DNA of 64,000 nucleotides from Candidatus Nomurabacteria bacterium (GTDB taxonomy: Bacteria; Patescibacteriota; Minisyncoccia; Phycocordibacterales; SBAW01): contig CALQZS010000001.1 in the NCBI GenBank assembly GCA_943349945.1, forward strand, positions 277,953-341,952. Reading direction: 5' to 3'. The number at the start of each line of letters is the position of its first letter. Positions within the stretch are counted from its first letter, which is position 1. Shown here in pieces: positions 10,462 to 19,532 of the stretch. The notes beneath the pieces are model-generated. The model was not told the DNA's origin and made no database searches. It saw only the letters and a list, made by a program, of their open reading frames with translations. The position numbers and the translations under genes are program-made.

Positions 10462-11664
10462 ATGGGGATTTTTTCTCGCGCAGTAAAACAAAAAGTTTCT
10501 ACAGACAAAGAAACTGTCGAGGCGCTTATGGGGCAGGGCGTCGAGAATGTTATTCCAAAAGACCTAGCACTTAAAAAGCTGGGTAGTGGGGAGCGGCTGC
10601 GCATTTACTGGGGCATAGACCCAACCGGCGCGCGTATCCACCTGGGTCATGCAGTGCCGCTGCGCAAACTTAAACGTTTTACCGAAGCGGGGCACCAGGT
10701 AATTTTTTTGGTGGGGAGTTTTACCGCAATGATAGGCGACCCAACGGACCGCGACGCCGCACGAGCGCCGCTTACCAAGCGCGAGGTGGAGGAAAACTTT
10801 CAAACCTACAAAAAACAGGCAGAAAAAATACTCGACTTTTCTAAAGTAGAGGTGCGTTACAACCACGAGTGGCTCGAGCCTCTCGACTTTTCAAAAATTG
10901 TAGAGCTGGCAAGTAAATTTACCGTGCAGCAGATGCTCCAACGCGACATGTTCCAAAAGCGCATGAACGAGGGTAAGCCTATATCGCTGCACGAGTTTTT
11001 GTACCCATTAATGGTCGGCTACGATTCTGTGGTGCTTGATGTGGACTGCGAGCTGGGCGGCTCAGACCAGGAGTTTAATATGCTCGCCGGCCGACACTTG
11101 CAACAAGTGTTTGGTAAGCGCGAAAAGTTTGTGATGACTACGAAGCTCATCGAAGGTCTCGACGGCCGAAAAATGAGTAAGTCGTACGGCAACTGCGTAT
11201 ACCTAGACGATGCGGCGGGGGATATGTACGGCAAGGTTATGTCGCTTAAAGACGAATTGGTGCGCACCTATTTTGAAATAGCGACGGATGTGTCGGCAAA
11301 AGAAATAGAGCAAGTGCTCGCCGGCCACCCCAAAGAGGCTAAGATGCGCTTGGCGCGAGAAATTGTTTCTATGTACCACTCCAAAGAAGCTGCAGAGGCG
11401 GCAGAAAAAAGCTTTACCGCAACCTTTAGCGAGGGGGGAGTGCCTGATGATGTTCCGGAAGTTACGGTTGTAAGAGAAACAACCTACCTAGAGGCGCTCG
11501 AGAGTCTGGGTGAGTCTAAAAGTGAACTGCGCCGCTTAGCTGAAGCGGGTGCCATACGCATTGTGGGCGGCGAAGTGGTTAAAGACATTACAAAACCTGT
11601 AGCTGCTACCCAGACTCTGCGTATAGGCAAACACCGCTTCCTTAAAGTAACTGTCAAAGAATAA
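10462..11664 (+). CDS. tyrS: Tyrosine--tRNA ligase
   Basis: GIDPTG...HLGH, GGSDQEFN, KMSKS, C-terminal S4-like domain. Confidence 0.97.
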   Translation: MGIFSRAVKQKVSTDKETVEALMGQGVENVIPKDLALKKLGSGERLRIYWGIDPTGARIHLGHAVPLRKLKRFTEAGHQVIFLVGSFTAMIGDPTDRDAARAPLTKREVEENFQTYKKQAEKILDFSKVEVRYNHEWLEPLDFSKIVELASKFTVQQMLQRDMFQKRMNEGKPISLHEFLYPLMVGYDSVVLDVDCELGGSDQEFNMLAGRHLQQVFGKREKFVMTTKLIEGLDGRKMSKSYGNCVYLDDAAGDMYGKVMSLKDELVRTYFEIATDVSAKEIEQVLAGHPKEAKMRLAREIVSMYHSKEAAEAAEKSFTATFSEGGVPDDVPEVTVVRETTYLEALESLGESKSELRRLAEAGAIRIVGGEVVKDITKPVAATQTLRIGKHRFLKVTVKE

Positions 11665-11700
11665 AAAACACCCTGGCTACAAATGCCAGGGTGTTTTTTA
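11662..11700. terminator. Bidirectional intrinsic terminator
   Basis: TAAAAAACACCCTGGC-N7-GCCAGGGTGTTTTTTA between convergent genes. Confidence 0.85.
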
Positions 11701-11707
11701 TGATGCG

Positions 11708-11839
11708 CTAGAGATCCGCGTCATCATCATCCTCTTCGTCCTCCGCGTCGTCCTTCTCTTCTTCGGCGTCGTCGCCGAGTTCGGTGTCCTCTACTTCCTC
11801 ATCGAGCATAAACTCATCGGGTGCAAACTCGTCGTGCAT
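11708..11839 (-). CDS. Small, extremely acidic protein (43 aa)
   Basis: MHDEFAPDEFMLDEEVEDTELGDDAEEEKDDAEDEEDDDDADL; upstream promoter-like TTGCAA-N16-TACAAC, downstream terminator. Confidence 0.65.
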   Translation of the reverse strand: MHDEFAPDEFMLDEEVEDTELGDDAEEEKDDAEDEEDDDDADL

Positions 11840-11934
11840 ATAACGTACGTTTCTATCCTGATAATTTTTTAATACCTCGTAACTTAAGTGTTGTACCAAA
11901 CCACAAATTCTTTGCAAGTATTTTGCAAGAATCC

Positions 11935-11943
11935 TGTGGATAA
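11935..11943 (-). promoter_or_regulatory. Perfect DnaA box outside oriC
   Basis: TGTGGATAA upstream of the small acidic ORF. Confidence 0.5.
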
Positions 11944-11951
11944 GAGCTATT

Positions 11952-12503
11952 TTATCGGCCAGGGCGTACCGACGCAAGGCAGGTAAGACCCACGGCTATT
12001 GCGTCCATTTCGTCATCCAACGCTCGTTTACCCGAGGGGAGCGTCTGTAACCCTAGGAGCCGCAGCACCATCATAGAAACAGCGGATTTGTTGCTCTGTC
12101 CGTAGCCCGTAATGGCCACTTTTACTTGCAGCGGTGTGTATTCGTAGACAGGTAGATTGTTTTTTGAGGCAAGATACAGCAGTACGCCACGCACCGCGGC
12201 AACATTCATAGCTGTTTTTGCATTTTTTTCGAAATAGAGACTCTCTGTGGCTGCCATGGTTGGCTGCCACTGCGCAAGAAGTGCTTCGACGGCGCTACCA
12301 AGCTGGTGCAGGCGCTCTGCAAACTCCAACTTTGCGCTGGTTTGTATGCAGGTTGAGTGCAATAAAACTTCTTTACCGCCCTGTTTTTCTACGACCGCTA
12401 CCCCTAGGCGCTCAAACCCCGGATCAAAAGCCAACACCCGCAGAGTAGATAACGAAGGACAGTCCTTCGCGAAGGACTGTCCTTCGTTTGGTTTATTCTG
12501 CAT
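11952..12503 (-). CDS. ruvC: Holliday junction resolvase RuvC
   Basis: LAFDPGFERLG, ESLYF, YTPLQVKVAITGYG, DDEMDAIAVGL; likely ATG overlaps the yebC 3' end. Confidence 0.95.
   Translation of the reverse strand: MQNKPNEGQSFAKDCPSLSTLRVLAFDPGFERLGVAVVEKQGGKEVLLHSTCIQTSAKLEFAERLHQLGSAVEALLAQWQPTMAATESLYFEKNAKTAMNVAAVRGVLLYLASKNNLPVYEYTPLQVKVAITGYGQSNKSAVSMMVLRLLGLQTLPSGKRALDDEMDAIAVGLTCLASVRPGR
12451..12488. repeat. 38-bp perfect nested palindrome (copy 1)
   Basis: AACGAAGGACAGTCCTTCG|CGAAGGACTGTCCTTCGTT; each half is itself an inverted repeat. Confidence 0.95.
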
Positions 12504-13020
12504 TGGTGTATACCTCGTTGACGTCGTCGTGGTCTTCGAGCTGGTCAACAACCTCAGAAAGTTTTTCCAAATCTTCGTCGGACAAGTCGACGGTGGTGGT
12601 GGCGACTAGGCCTTGTTCGCCTTTGGTAAATGCCCATAGTGCCGCCCCTTGGGTAGCAAGCTCGATATCGTTTTTGCTGAGGAGATGTTTAATTTCTTGT
12701 ACAGTGCGGTTACGGTTGTCTGTGTAGGCTTCGATGATAATAGCCACACCTCCAGGGCCATAGGCTTCGTACGTTACGGGCTCAAGCTCGGCTGCGCTAG
12801 ACGAGGCTTTGTCTATGGCGCGGTCGATATTGTCGGCGGGCATGTTTTCTGCTCGAGCTTTGTCTATCGCAAGACGCAGTCCTGGCGAATTTCTATCACC
12901 TTTGGCTTTTTTAGCCTCGACGGTGATGTAGCGCACCATTTTAGAAAAGACCTTACTCTTTTTGGCATCCGTCGCCGCCTTTTTGTGTTTAATTTTGCTC
13001 CACTTGCTGTGTCCTGACAT
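12493..13020 (-). CDS. yebC: YebC/PmpR family protein (short form)
   Basis: MSGHSKWSKIKHKK, YEAYGPGGVAII, TDNRNRT, DDVNEVYTN. Confidence 0.95.
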   Translation of the reverse strand: MSGHSKWSKIKHKKAATDAKKSKVFSKMVRYITVEAKKAKGDRNSPGLRLAIDKARAENMPADNIDRAIDKASSSAAELEPVTYEAYGPGGVAIIIEAYTDNRNRTVQEIKHLLSKNDIELATQGAALWAFTKGEQGLVATTTVDLSDEDLEKLSEVVDQLEDHDDVNEVYTNAE

Positions 13021-13058
13021 ACCAACAATATACCTGGCCTTAAGAAAAAATAAAAAGT

Positions 13059-14102
13059 CTACAAAAGCCGCTCGTGTAGGTCGGCCGGGGCATTTTTGCC
13101 CACGTGTTCATATGCGGCTTTTGTGGCCACGCGGCCGCGCGGGGTGCGCTCGATAAGGCCCAACTGTAAAAGAAAAGGTTCATGCACTTCCGACAGTGTG
13201 TTTGGTTCCTCTGCCAGGGCAGCAGCCAAGGCACCCACGCCTGCGGGGCCGCCCCCAAACCGCTCTATAAGCACGGTAAGGAGTTTGCGGTCGAGCGGGG
13301 TGAGGCCCAGTGCATCTACTTCGAGCATACCAAGCGACTCGTCGACTATTTGTTTAGACAGGGGAGCGCGTTTGAGTTGTGCGTAGTCTCGAGCGCGTTT
13401 GAGTAGATAGTTGGCGGTGCGTGGTGTCGAGCGGCTGCGCTTAGCAATCTCTCGTACACCACCTTCCTCTACTTCGACGCCCAATATTTTTGCCGACCGG
13501 CTGACTATGTTTGCAATATCATCTTCAGAATAAAACTCCAAGCGGTACACGCCGCCAGAAAACCGCGACCGCAGCGGCGCAGAGAGGTCGGCTACGCGCG
13601 TTGTTGCTGCGATGAGTGTAAAAGGGGGTAGGGGCAGCTCGAGTGTGCGCGCCGAAGGACCTTTACCTATGATGATATTGAGCGCACCCGACTCCATAGC
13701 AGGGTAGAGTACCTCTTCAATAGAGCGAGAGAGACGGTGTATCTCGTCGATAAATAAAATGTCACCGGGCTGCAGGTTGGTCAGCAAGGCTGCCAAGTCT
13801 CCCACGCGCTCTATGGCCGGGCCAGAAGTGGAGCGGAGTGCCCCGCCAAGTTCGCGGGCTATTAAGTGGGCGAGGGTGGTTTTGCCGAGGCCTGGCGGCC
13901 CGTAGAAAAGGATATGCTCGGGCGGGTTTTGTCGCTCGCGCGCGGCCGCAAGCAAAATATGCAAATTGTTTTTTATGGCCTCTTGGCCAACATACTCGTC
14001 CCATGATGCCGGGCGTAGTGTTTGGTCGAGTGCGGCAGCGACGCCAGAGTGTGCTGGGGGAGTGGTATCTTCCTCTTCTTTTTTAGACAATATGCTTGAC
14101 AT
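13059..14102 (-). CDS. ruvB: Holliday junction branch migration ATPase RuvB
   Basis: [37 protein letters not shown]. Confidence 0.98.
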   Translation of the reverse strand: MSSILSKKEEEDTTPPAHSGVAAALDQTLRPASWDEYVGQEAIKNNLHILLAAARERQNPPEHILFYGPPGLGKTTLAHLIARELGGALRSTSGPAIERVGDLAALLTNLQPGDILFIDEIHRLSRSIEEVLYPAMESGALNIIIGKGPSARTLELPLPPFTLIAATTRVADLSAPLRSRFSGGVYRLEFYSEDDIANIVSRSAKILGVEVEEGGVREIAKRSRSTPRTANYLLKRARDYAQLKRAPLSKQIVDESLGMLEVDALGLTPLDRKLLTVLIERFGGGPAGVGALAAALAEEPNTLSEVHEPFLLQLGLIERTPRGRVATKAAYEHVGKNAPADLHERLL

Positions 14103-14124
14103 AAAATCAATAGTATGCTAACCT
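14096..14124 (+). promoter_or_regulatory. Sigma70-type promoter facing the ruvB-pilB intergenic structured region
   Basis: TTGACA (14096-14101)-N17-TAACCT (14119-14124) with extended TG. Confidence 0.6.
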
Positions 14125-14156
14125 TAACTTTAGGTCTTTTTGTATACACCTATAGC

Positions 14157-14327
14157 TCGAGCGTGCGTATCTCTAAGTAATATGACCTTCCGGGGTTTTG
14201 GAGCCATCACAAGGACACTTTGGTAACAATCTTTATGATTGTTGCGAGGGTTATCCTCAGAGACGGTTATCCGCTTTTTGACTGGTTCAAAAAGAATATT
14301 ACTTAGAGGTACGCGCTCTCGATTTTT
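14157..14327 (+). ncRNA. Candidate orphan structured ncRNA
   Basis: 27-bp closing stem (14157-14183 with 14296-14322; 2 G-U, 1 mismatch) enclosing several short hairpins, followed by TTTTT; no long ORF. Confidence 0.55.
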
Positions 14328-14413
14328 CTGCTCTAACCCCCTTTACTGTACCCTTGCCCGAGCCCCTCAGCAACGTTGACCGGGCTTATTTTTGTGTCTG
14401 GGTGCCAAGTGCT

Positions 14414-16093
14414 TTAGTTTGCGGTTAGGTCGACCACGCGCTGTAGTTCCTCGAGCGAGGTGATGCCGCGCAATATTTTAATAATGCCGTCCTCTTGCAT
14501 GTTTGGGGTGCCTTGTTCGCGCGCAACGAGGGCGATTTCTCGCTCGCTGGGTTTGCTACGCAACACTTCTTCTATTTTGCGATCCATAAATATTGCCTCG
14601 AAGATGCCCACACGCCCCTTGTATCCGCGGCCATGACACTTTTCGCACCCTTGTGGCGCGGGATCGTACACGGTGTTTGTTTGTGGCGGCACCAATGAGC
14701 GGTCGACGATGCTGGCTACGTAGCGGTCAATAAGAGTCTGCTCTTCTGGAGTTGCGGGGCGCTGTTTGCGGCAGCTGATGCAGAGTTTGCGCACCAAGCG
14801 TTGTGCCATAGCCACGTTTATAGCGGAGCTGAGCACTTTTTCACTAACGCCCAGGTCTATAAGACGGGGGAAAGACCCCGCGGCGTCGTTGGTGTGCAGG
14901 GTAGAGAACACCAAGTGTCCGGTAAGTGCCGCGTTAATAGCCACCTCGGCCACCTCGGCGTCACGGATTTCTCCCACCATGATGATGTCTGGGTCTTGTC
15001 GCAAGGCAGAGCGCAGGCCTGCAGCAAACGTATAGTTCTTTTTATCTACCTGGGTCTGCACCAGCCCTTTGAGGTGGTATTCGATAGGGTCTTCTATGGT
15101 TATTATTTTGCTGCCCGGGCTGTTTATGGTGCGCATAAAAGCGTACAGGGTGGTGGTTTTGCCTGAGCCGGTAGGGCCGGTGGTCAAGATCATCCCTGTG
15201 GGCTTGAGTATCTCTTTTTCTATCCGGGCGCGGAGCGTAGGCTCAAGACCCAATTCTTCTAGTGCCACAGCTATAGCCTTTGGGTTGAGGATACGCAGCA
15301 CCAGCGTTTCGGCATAGTTGCCGGGCAACACCGAGGTACGCAGCTCTATCTCTTCTCCTTTTATTTTGATACTAAAGCGGCCATCTTGTGCATCGTCGGT
15401 TATGTTGAGCTTGAGTCCCGAGAGGAGTTTGAGACGCGACAGGGTAAGGCGATATGTTTCGTGGTCAAAGGTCAGCACGTCGACCAACACACCGTCGAGC
15501 CGGTAGCGCAGGCGCACCGCCGCTTCCTCTGGTTCGAAGTGGATGTCAGATGCTCCGGTGGAAAGGCCGCCGGCTAAAATAACTTCCAAAATGCGGGTGA
15601 TGCGGTACGTGCGCTTCATCTGTATTGCATCATGGATGAGTGCGCCTATGTCGGAGAGTCCTTTTACTTGCCCCAGCAGCTCTTCAAGCTCTGTGTCGGA
15701 GAGTTCAAACACACCGGCCTTGGTCTCTGTGGCATACGACAGGTCGGCATAGCGGTCGTAGGCGCGCTTGAGGCTTTCTTGCGACGCCATAAAAATAGTG
15801 ACCGCGAACCCACGGTCGGTAAGCTTGGCCACTATTGTTTTGACTTTAGGGTTTTCTGGTGCGCGTGCAGCAAGGCTGAGCCGTTTGCCTACTTGGCCAA
15901 ACACCGCAACCTCTGCCTCGCGAGCCTCGGCCTCAGTGAGGAGCCGCAGCGCGTCGGTGTTTATGGCCACCAGCGACAAGTCGACGTACTCGACGCCATA
16001 CTTGTAAGAAAGCATTTGCGCCAACTCTTCTTCCTCGCGTTTTTTTAAAAAGTCGATGCGCTTATTTTGTTCTGCATCTGCAAAAACTACCAT
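14414..16093 (-). CDS. pilB: Type IV pilus / T2SS assembly ATPase PilB/GspE (full length)
   Basis: ASDIHFEP, TGPTGSGKTTTLY, TIEDPIEY, LRQDPDIIMVGEIRD, two CxxC pairs. Confidence 0.9.
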   Translation of the reverse strand: MVVFADAEQNKRIDFLKKREEEELAQMLSYKYGVEYVDLSLVAINTDALRLLTEAEAREAEVAVFGQVGKRLSLAARAPENPKVKTIVAKLTDRGFAVTIFMASQESLKRAYDRYADLSYATETKAGVFELSDTELEELLGQVKGLSDIGALIHDAIQMKRTYRITRILEVILAGGLSTGASDIHFEPEEAAVRLRYRLDGVLVDVLTFDHETYRLTLSRLKLLSGLKLNITDDAQDGRFSIKIKGEEIELRTSVLPGNYAETLVLRILNPKAIAVALEELGLEPTLRARIEKEILKPTGMILTTGPTGSGKTTTLYAFMRTINSPGSKIITIEDPIEYHLKGLVQTQVDKKNYTFAAGLRSALRQDPDIIMVGEIRDAEVAEVAINAALTGHLVFSTLHTNDAAGSFPRLIDLGVSEKVLSSAINVAMAQRLVRKLCISCRKQRPATPEEQTLIDRYVASIVDRSLVPPQTNTVYDPAPQGCEKCHGRGYKGRVGIFEAIFMDRKIEEVLRSKPSEREIALVAREQGTPNMQEDGIIKILRGITSLEELQRVVDLTAN

Positions 16094-16128
16094 GTATATA
16101 TTGTAACGCACTCTGGTACACTAGCGGT

Positions 16129-16584
16129 ATGCAAAAAGTGCGACTAGAGGACATGCAGGGGTTTGCGCGGCAGGTGCTTGAGCGTGTGGACTCAGCGCAA
16201 GGTGCTGCGTATGTCTTGGCACTACAAGGCGACTTGGGCGCCGGTAAAACTACCTTTACGCAAGCGCTCGCGAAAGAGCTCGGGGTGGAGGGTGCGGTAC
16301 AAAGCCCCACCTACGTTTTGATGAAATCATACTCAATAGCGTTTAAAGAGTTTACAAAGTTGGTGCACATCGACGCCTATCGGCTTGAAAAGCCAGAGGA
16401 GTTTGCGGCACTTAAACCTGCAAGCTTTCTGCAAGACCAAGAGGCGCTTGTGGTGGTGGAGTGGCCCGAGCGTGTGCAAGGGGAGCTCCCTAAACCAAAT
16501 TTGACCATACAATTTTCTGCCAACGACCCAGCGGACGTGGCAAGTGCTGCCAACGAGGAAGAGCGGTATATTGAGATAGTATGA
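16129..16584 (+). CDS. tsaE: tRNA t6A biosynthesis ATPase TsaE
   Basis: GDLGAGKTTF, VQSPTYVL, HIDAYRL, VEWPE. Confidence 0.96.
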   Translation: MQKVRLEDMQGFARQVLERVDSAQGAAYVLALQGDLGAGKTTFTQALAKELGVEGAVQSPTYVLMKSYSIAFKEFTKLVHIDAYRLEKPEEFAALKPASFLQDQEALVVVEWPERVQGELPKPNLTIQFSANDPADVASAANEEERYIEIV

Positions 16585-18941
16585 AAAAGCGCCTCGTTAT
16601 CCTAGACACGCATGCTATTTTGCACCGCGCGTACCACGCGCTGCCGGACTTTACCTCGGGCAAGGGCGAACCTACAGGAGCCTTGTATGGGTTGGTGTCT
16701 ATGTTGGTCAAAATAATTGCTGACTTTAAGCCCGACTACATCGTGGCGGCTTTCGACTTGCCGGGCGATACGCACCGCCACACTGTATACCAAGACTATA
16801 AGGCGCACCGCGCGCCCACGGACGACGCACTTGTCTCGCAGCTTAAGCGCTCTCGCGAGGTGCTAGACGCGTTGGGTGTGGTGCGCTATGAGTGCGAGGG
16901 ATTTGAGGCCGACGACGTTATAGGCACTATTGCGCAGGAGATGAAGCAGCATGGAGACGTGGATGTGATTATTGCCTCGGGCGATATGGACATGCTGCAG
17001 CTAGTCGACGACGACCGTGTGCGCGTGTTTACGTTTAGAAAAGGCCTCGCCGACACAGTGTTGTATAACGAGGCGGCTATTATCGAGCGATTTGGATTTG
17101 GTCCACTTTCTATACCAGATCTCAAGGGCATCATGGGCGACACGTCAGATAATATTAAAGGGGTGAAGGGTGTGGGTGAGGGAAGCGCATTGAAGCTTAT
17201 AAAAACCTACGGCTCTATAGAGCAGGTGTATGTAGCGCTCAAAACAAAAGGGGTTGAGGCTGTGGCAGAGGAATCTGGGATACAAAAACGGTTTGCGCAG
17301 CTGATGTTTGATAATGAAAAAGATGCGCTGTTTTCCAAAATGCTGGCCGAAATTCGCCGTGATGCACCTATAGCCTTTGCGCTACCGACAGAGGAGTGGG
17401 CACAAACCGTATCGCCACAAAAAGTGTTAGCCATGATGGCGGAGTTTGATTTTAAATCGCTGTTGCCGCGTATTAAAAAACTGCTTGAACCAGAGCTGTT
17501 TGACCAATACGTGCAAGACGAGCCGGCTCAGGAGACCCCAGCGGTACCACAAGAAGACGTAGAGCCGCTGGCTTTGGCGGTGTGGGTGCTCGACTCTAAT
17601 GCAACAGAGCCAACGCTCGACGACATATACCGGGTGGGGAAGAGTACAGAGTTTAGTGAAGCAAGAAAAAATATTTTGGCCGATATTGCCGCAAAGGAGT
17701 TGTCGTTTGTATATGAACACATCGAGCTACCACTTGCGCCCGTGTTGCGTAGTATGGAGAAAGTAGGTATCGCGGTTGATAGTGGGTTTTTGCGCACATT
17801 GGCGACACAGTACAACAGCGAGCTAGAGAAAATTGCCGCACGCATTTTTGCAGCAGCTGGGCAAGAATTCAATATTAATTCGCCAAAACAGTTGGGCGAC
17901 GTGCTGTTCGACAAGTTGGGGCTTGCGGTCAAAAATCAAAAAAAGACAGCCGGCGGACAACGCTCCACCCGCGAGTCTGAGCTGGAGAAGATGCGCGCGC
18001 TGCACCCTATAGTGGGAGATATTTTGGCGCATCGCGAATTGCAAAAACTTCTCTCGACCTACATTAATACACTGCCGACTTTGCTCGACCAAGAGGGACG
18101 TCTGCATACGTCGTATGTGCAAACGGGTACCACCACGGGCCGCTTGTCATCACAAAACCCAAACTTGCAAAATATCCCAATCAAAACCGAACTAGGGCGG
18201 GCAATACGACACGCGTTTGTAGCAGGCGAGGGGATGCAACTGTTGTCTTTTGACTACTCACAAATCGAACTGCGTATAGCGGCGTTTCTCTCGGGGGACG
18301 AAACGCTGATAGATATATTTAAAAACGGCCGAGACGTGCACACGGAGGTGGCTATGCGCGTCTTCCACATTGAGGCAGCAGAGGTAACCTACGAGCAACG
18401 TCGCCGGGCAAAGGTGATTAACTTCGGCATTTTGTATGGCATGGGGGTGAATGCGCTTAAAGATTCGCTGGGAACAGAGCGCAAAGAAGCACAGGTTTTT
18501 TATGATCAATATTTCGCTGCCTTCCCTCGGTTGGCTGCGTATTTGGAAGAGACAAAGGCGGACGCAGCACGTCTTGGGTATACACAAACGTACTTTGGCC
18601 GTCGCCGCTATTTTGACGGTATCAAGTCACCCATACCGTATGTGCGGGCAGCTGCAGAGCGCATGGCGATTAATGCACCGGTGCAAGGAACAGCAGCCGA
18701 CATTATTAAGCTTGCGATGGTGGAGATTGGCGCGTGGGTACAGGCTCAGCAAGATGACGTGCGGCTTCTGCTCCAAGTACACGACGAATTGGTGTTTGAG
18801 GTGGCAAAGGACAAGATAGGAGCTTCGAGCGAACATATTAAAACCATGATGGAAAACGTGCTCCCAAAAGAAAAATGCCCCGTGCCACTTACGGTGGAGG
18901 GTAAGGTAGGGGAGAATTGGGGCGATATGAAGCCGCTATGA
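16581..18941 (+). CDS. polA: DNA polymerase I (5'-3' exonuclease + polymerase; 3'-5' exo domain largely absent)
   Basis: EADDVIGT, GDTSDNIKGVKGVG, TGRLSSQNPNLQNIP, DYSQIELR, LQVHDELVFE. Confidence 0.97.
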   Translation: MKKRLVILDTHAILHRAYHALPDFTSGKGEPTGALYGLVSMLVKIIADFKPDYIVAAFDLPGDTHRHTVYQDYKAHRAPTDDALVSQLKRSREVLDALGVVRYECEGFEADDVIGTIAQEMKQHGDVDVIIASGDMDMLQLVDDDRVRVFTFRKGLADTVLYNEAAIIERFGFGPLSIPDLKGIMGDTSDNIKGVKGVGEGSALKLIKTYGSIEQVYVALKTKGVEAVAEESGIQKRFAQLMFDNEKDALFSKMLAEIRRDAPIAFALPTEEWAQTVSPQKVLAMMAEFDFKSLLPRIKKLLEPELFDQYVQDEPAQETPAVPQEDVEPLALAVWVLDSNATEPTLDDIYRVGKSTEFSEARKNILADIAAKELSFVYEHIELPLAPVLRSMEKVGIAVDSGFLRTLATQYNSELEKIAARIFAAAGQEFNINSPKQLGDVLFDKLGLAVKNQKKTAGGQRSTRESELEKMRALHPIVGDILAHRELQKLLSTYINTLPTLLDQEGRLHTSYVQTGTTTGRLSSQNPNLQNIPIKTELGRAIRHAFVAGEGMQLLSFDYSQIELRIAAFLSGDETLIDIFKNGRDVHTEVAMRVFHIEAAEVTYEQRRRAKVINFGILYGMGVNALKDSLGTERKEAQVFYDQYFAAFPRLAAYLEETKADAARLGYTQTYFGRRRYFDGIKSPIPYVRAAAERMAINAPVQGTAADIIKLAMVEIGAWVQAQQDDVRLLLQVHDELVFEVAKDKIGASSEHIKTMMENVLPKEKCPVPLTVEGKVGENWGDMKPL

Positions 18942-19522
18942 TACGAGTTGTCGTAGGTGCACAGGTACAAGGCGAAGAGTTGCGCTGGGAAACAACACCT
19001 GTTGAGGAGGTGGCTACACTGGCGTCTACAGCTTCTTTGCTTGGCGACACAAGGGTGTTTGTGCTCTCGGGCGCGCTCTCTGGCGAGCAGGCGGATGAGT
19101 TTTTTGACTTGGTGCCGGGACTAGTGCAGTCGCCACACACGTTCATATTTGTCGAAGAATCTTTACTTAAAAAACAAATCGACCGGCTGGCAAAGCAAGG
19201 GGTGGTGGCGGAAGTGTCGCCCAAACAAGCTCCAGCAGAAGAGCCTTTTTCTATTTTTGCCTTAGCAAATACGTTTGCTGTGCGCGATCGCAAAAAGCTT
19301 TGGCTGCTTTTTGCTGAAGCGCAGCGCAAAGAGGTGGCGCCCGAGGCTGTGGCCGGCATGCTGCACTGGAAGGTGCGTGACTTGCTTGCAAAAGGTGGCG
19401 GCAAGTACCAAAAGAATGAATTAGTGCAGCTGTCTCGGCAACTTGTGACTATGTATCACGATGCACACCGCGGTTTGGGTGCGCTCGACCTCTTGCTTGA
19501 GCGATTTATATTGCGGTTATAA
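18938..19522 (+). CDS. Probable shortened DNA polymerase III delta subunit (HolA-like)
   Basis: SLLGDTRVFVL N-motif and FSIFALANTFAVRDRKKLW...LLERFIL C-terminal helical region; coupled to polA. Confidence 0.55.
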   Translation: MIRVVVGAQVQGEELRWETTPVEEVATLASTASLLGDTRVFVLSGALSGEQADEFFDLVPGLVQSPHTFIFVEESLLKKQIDRLAKQGVVAEVSPKQAPAEEPFSIFALANTFAVRDRKKLWLLFAEAQRKEVAPEAVAGMLHWKVRDLLAKGGGKYQKNELVQLSRQLVTMYHDAHRGLGALDLLLERFILRL

Positions 19523-19532
19523 TAAAAACACT

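Noticed and set aside
14182-14226. 14-codon ORF MTFRGFGAITRTLW inside the structured region
   Set aside because: Start codon overlaps the end of the long stem, no SD, no downstream gene to attenuate; cannot be supported
14157-14322. Retron msr-msd interpretation of the long inverted repeat
   Set aside because: No reverse transcriptase in the window and no long msd hairpin
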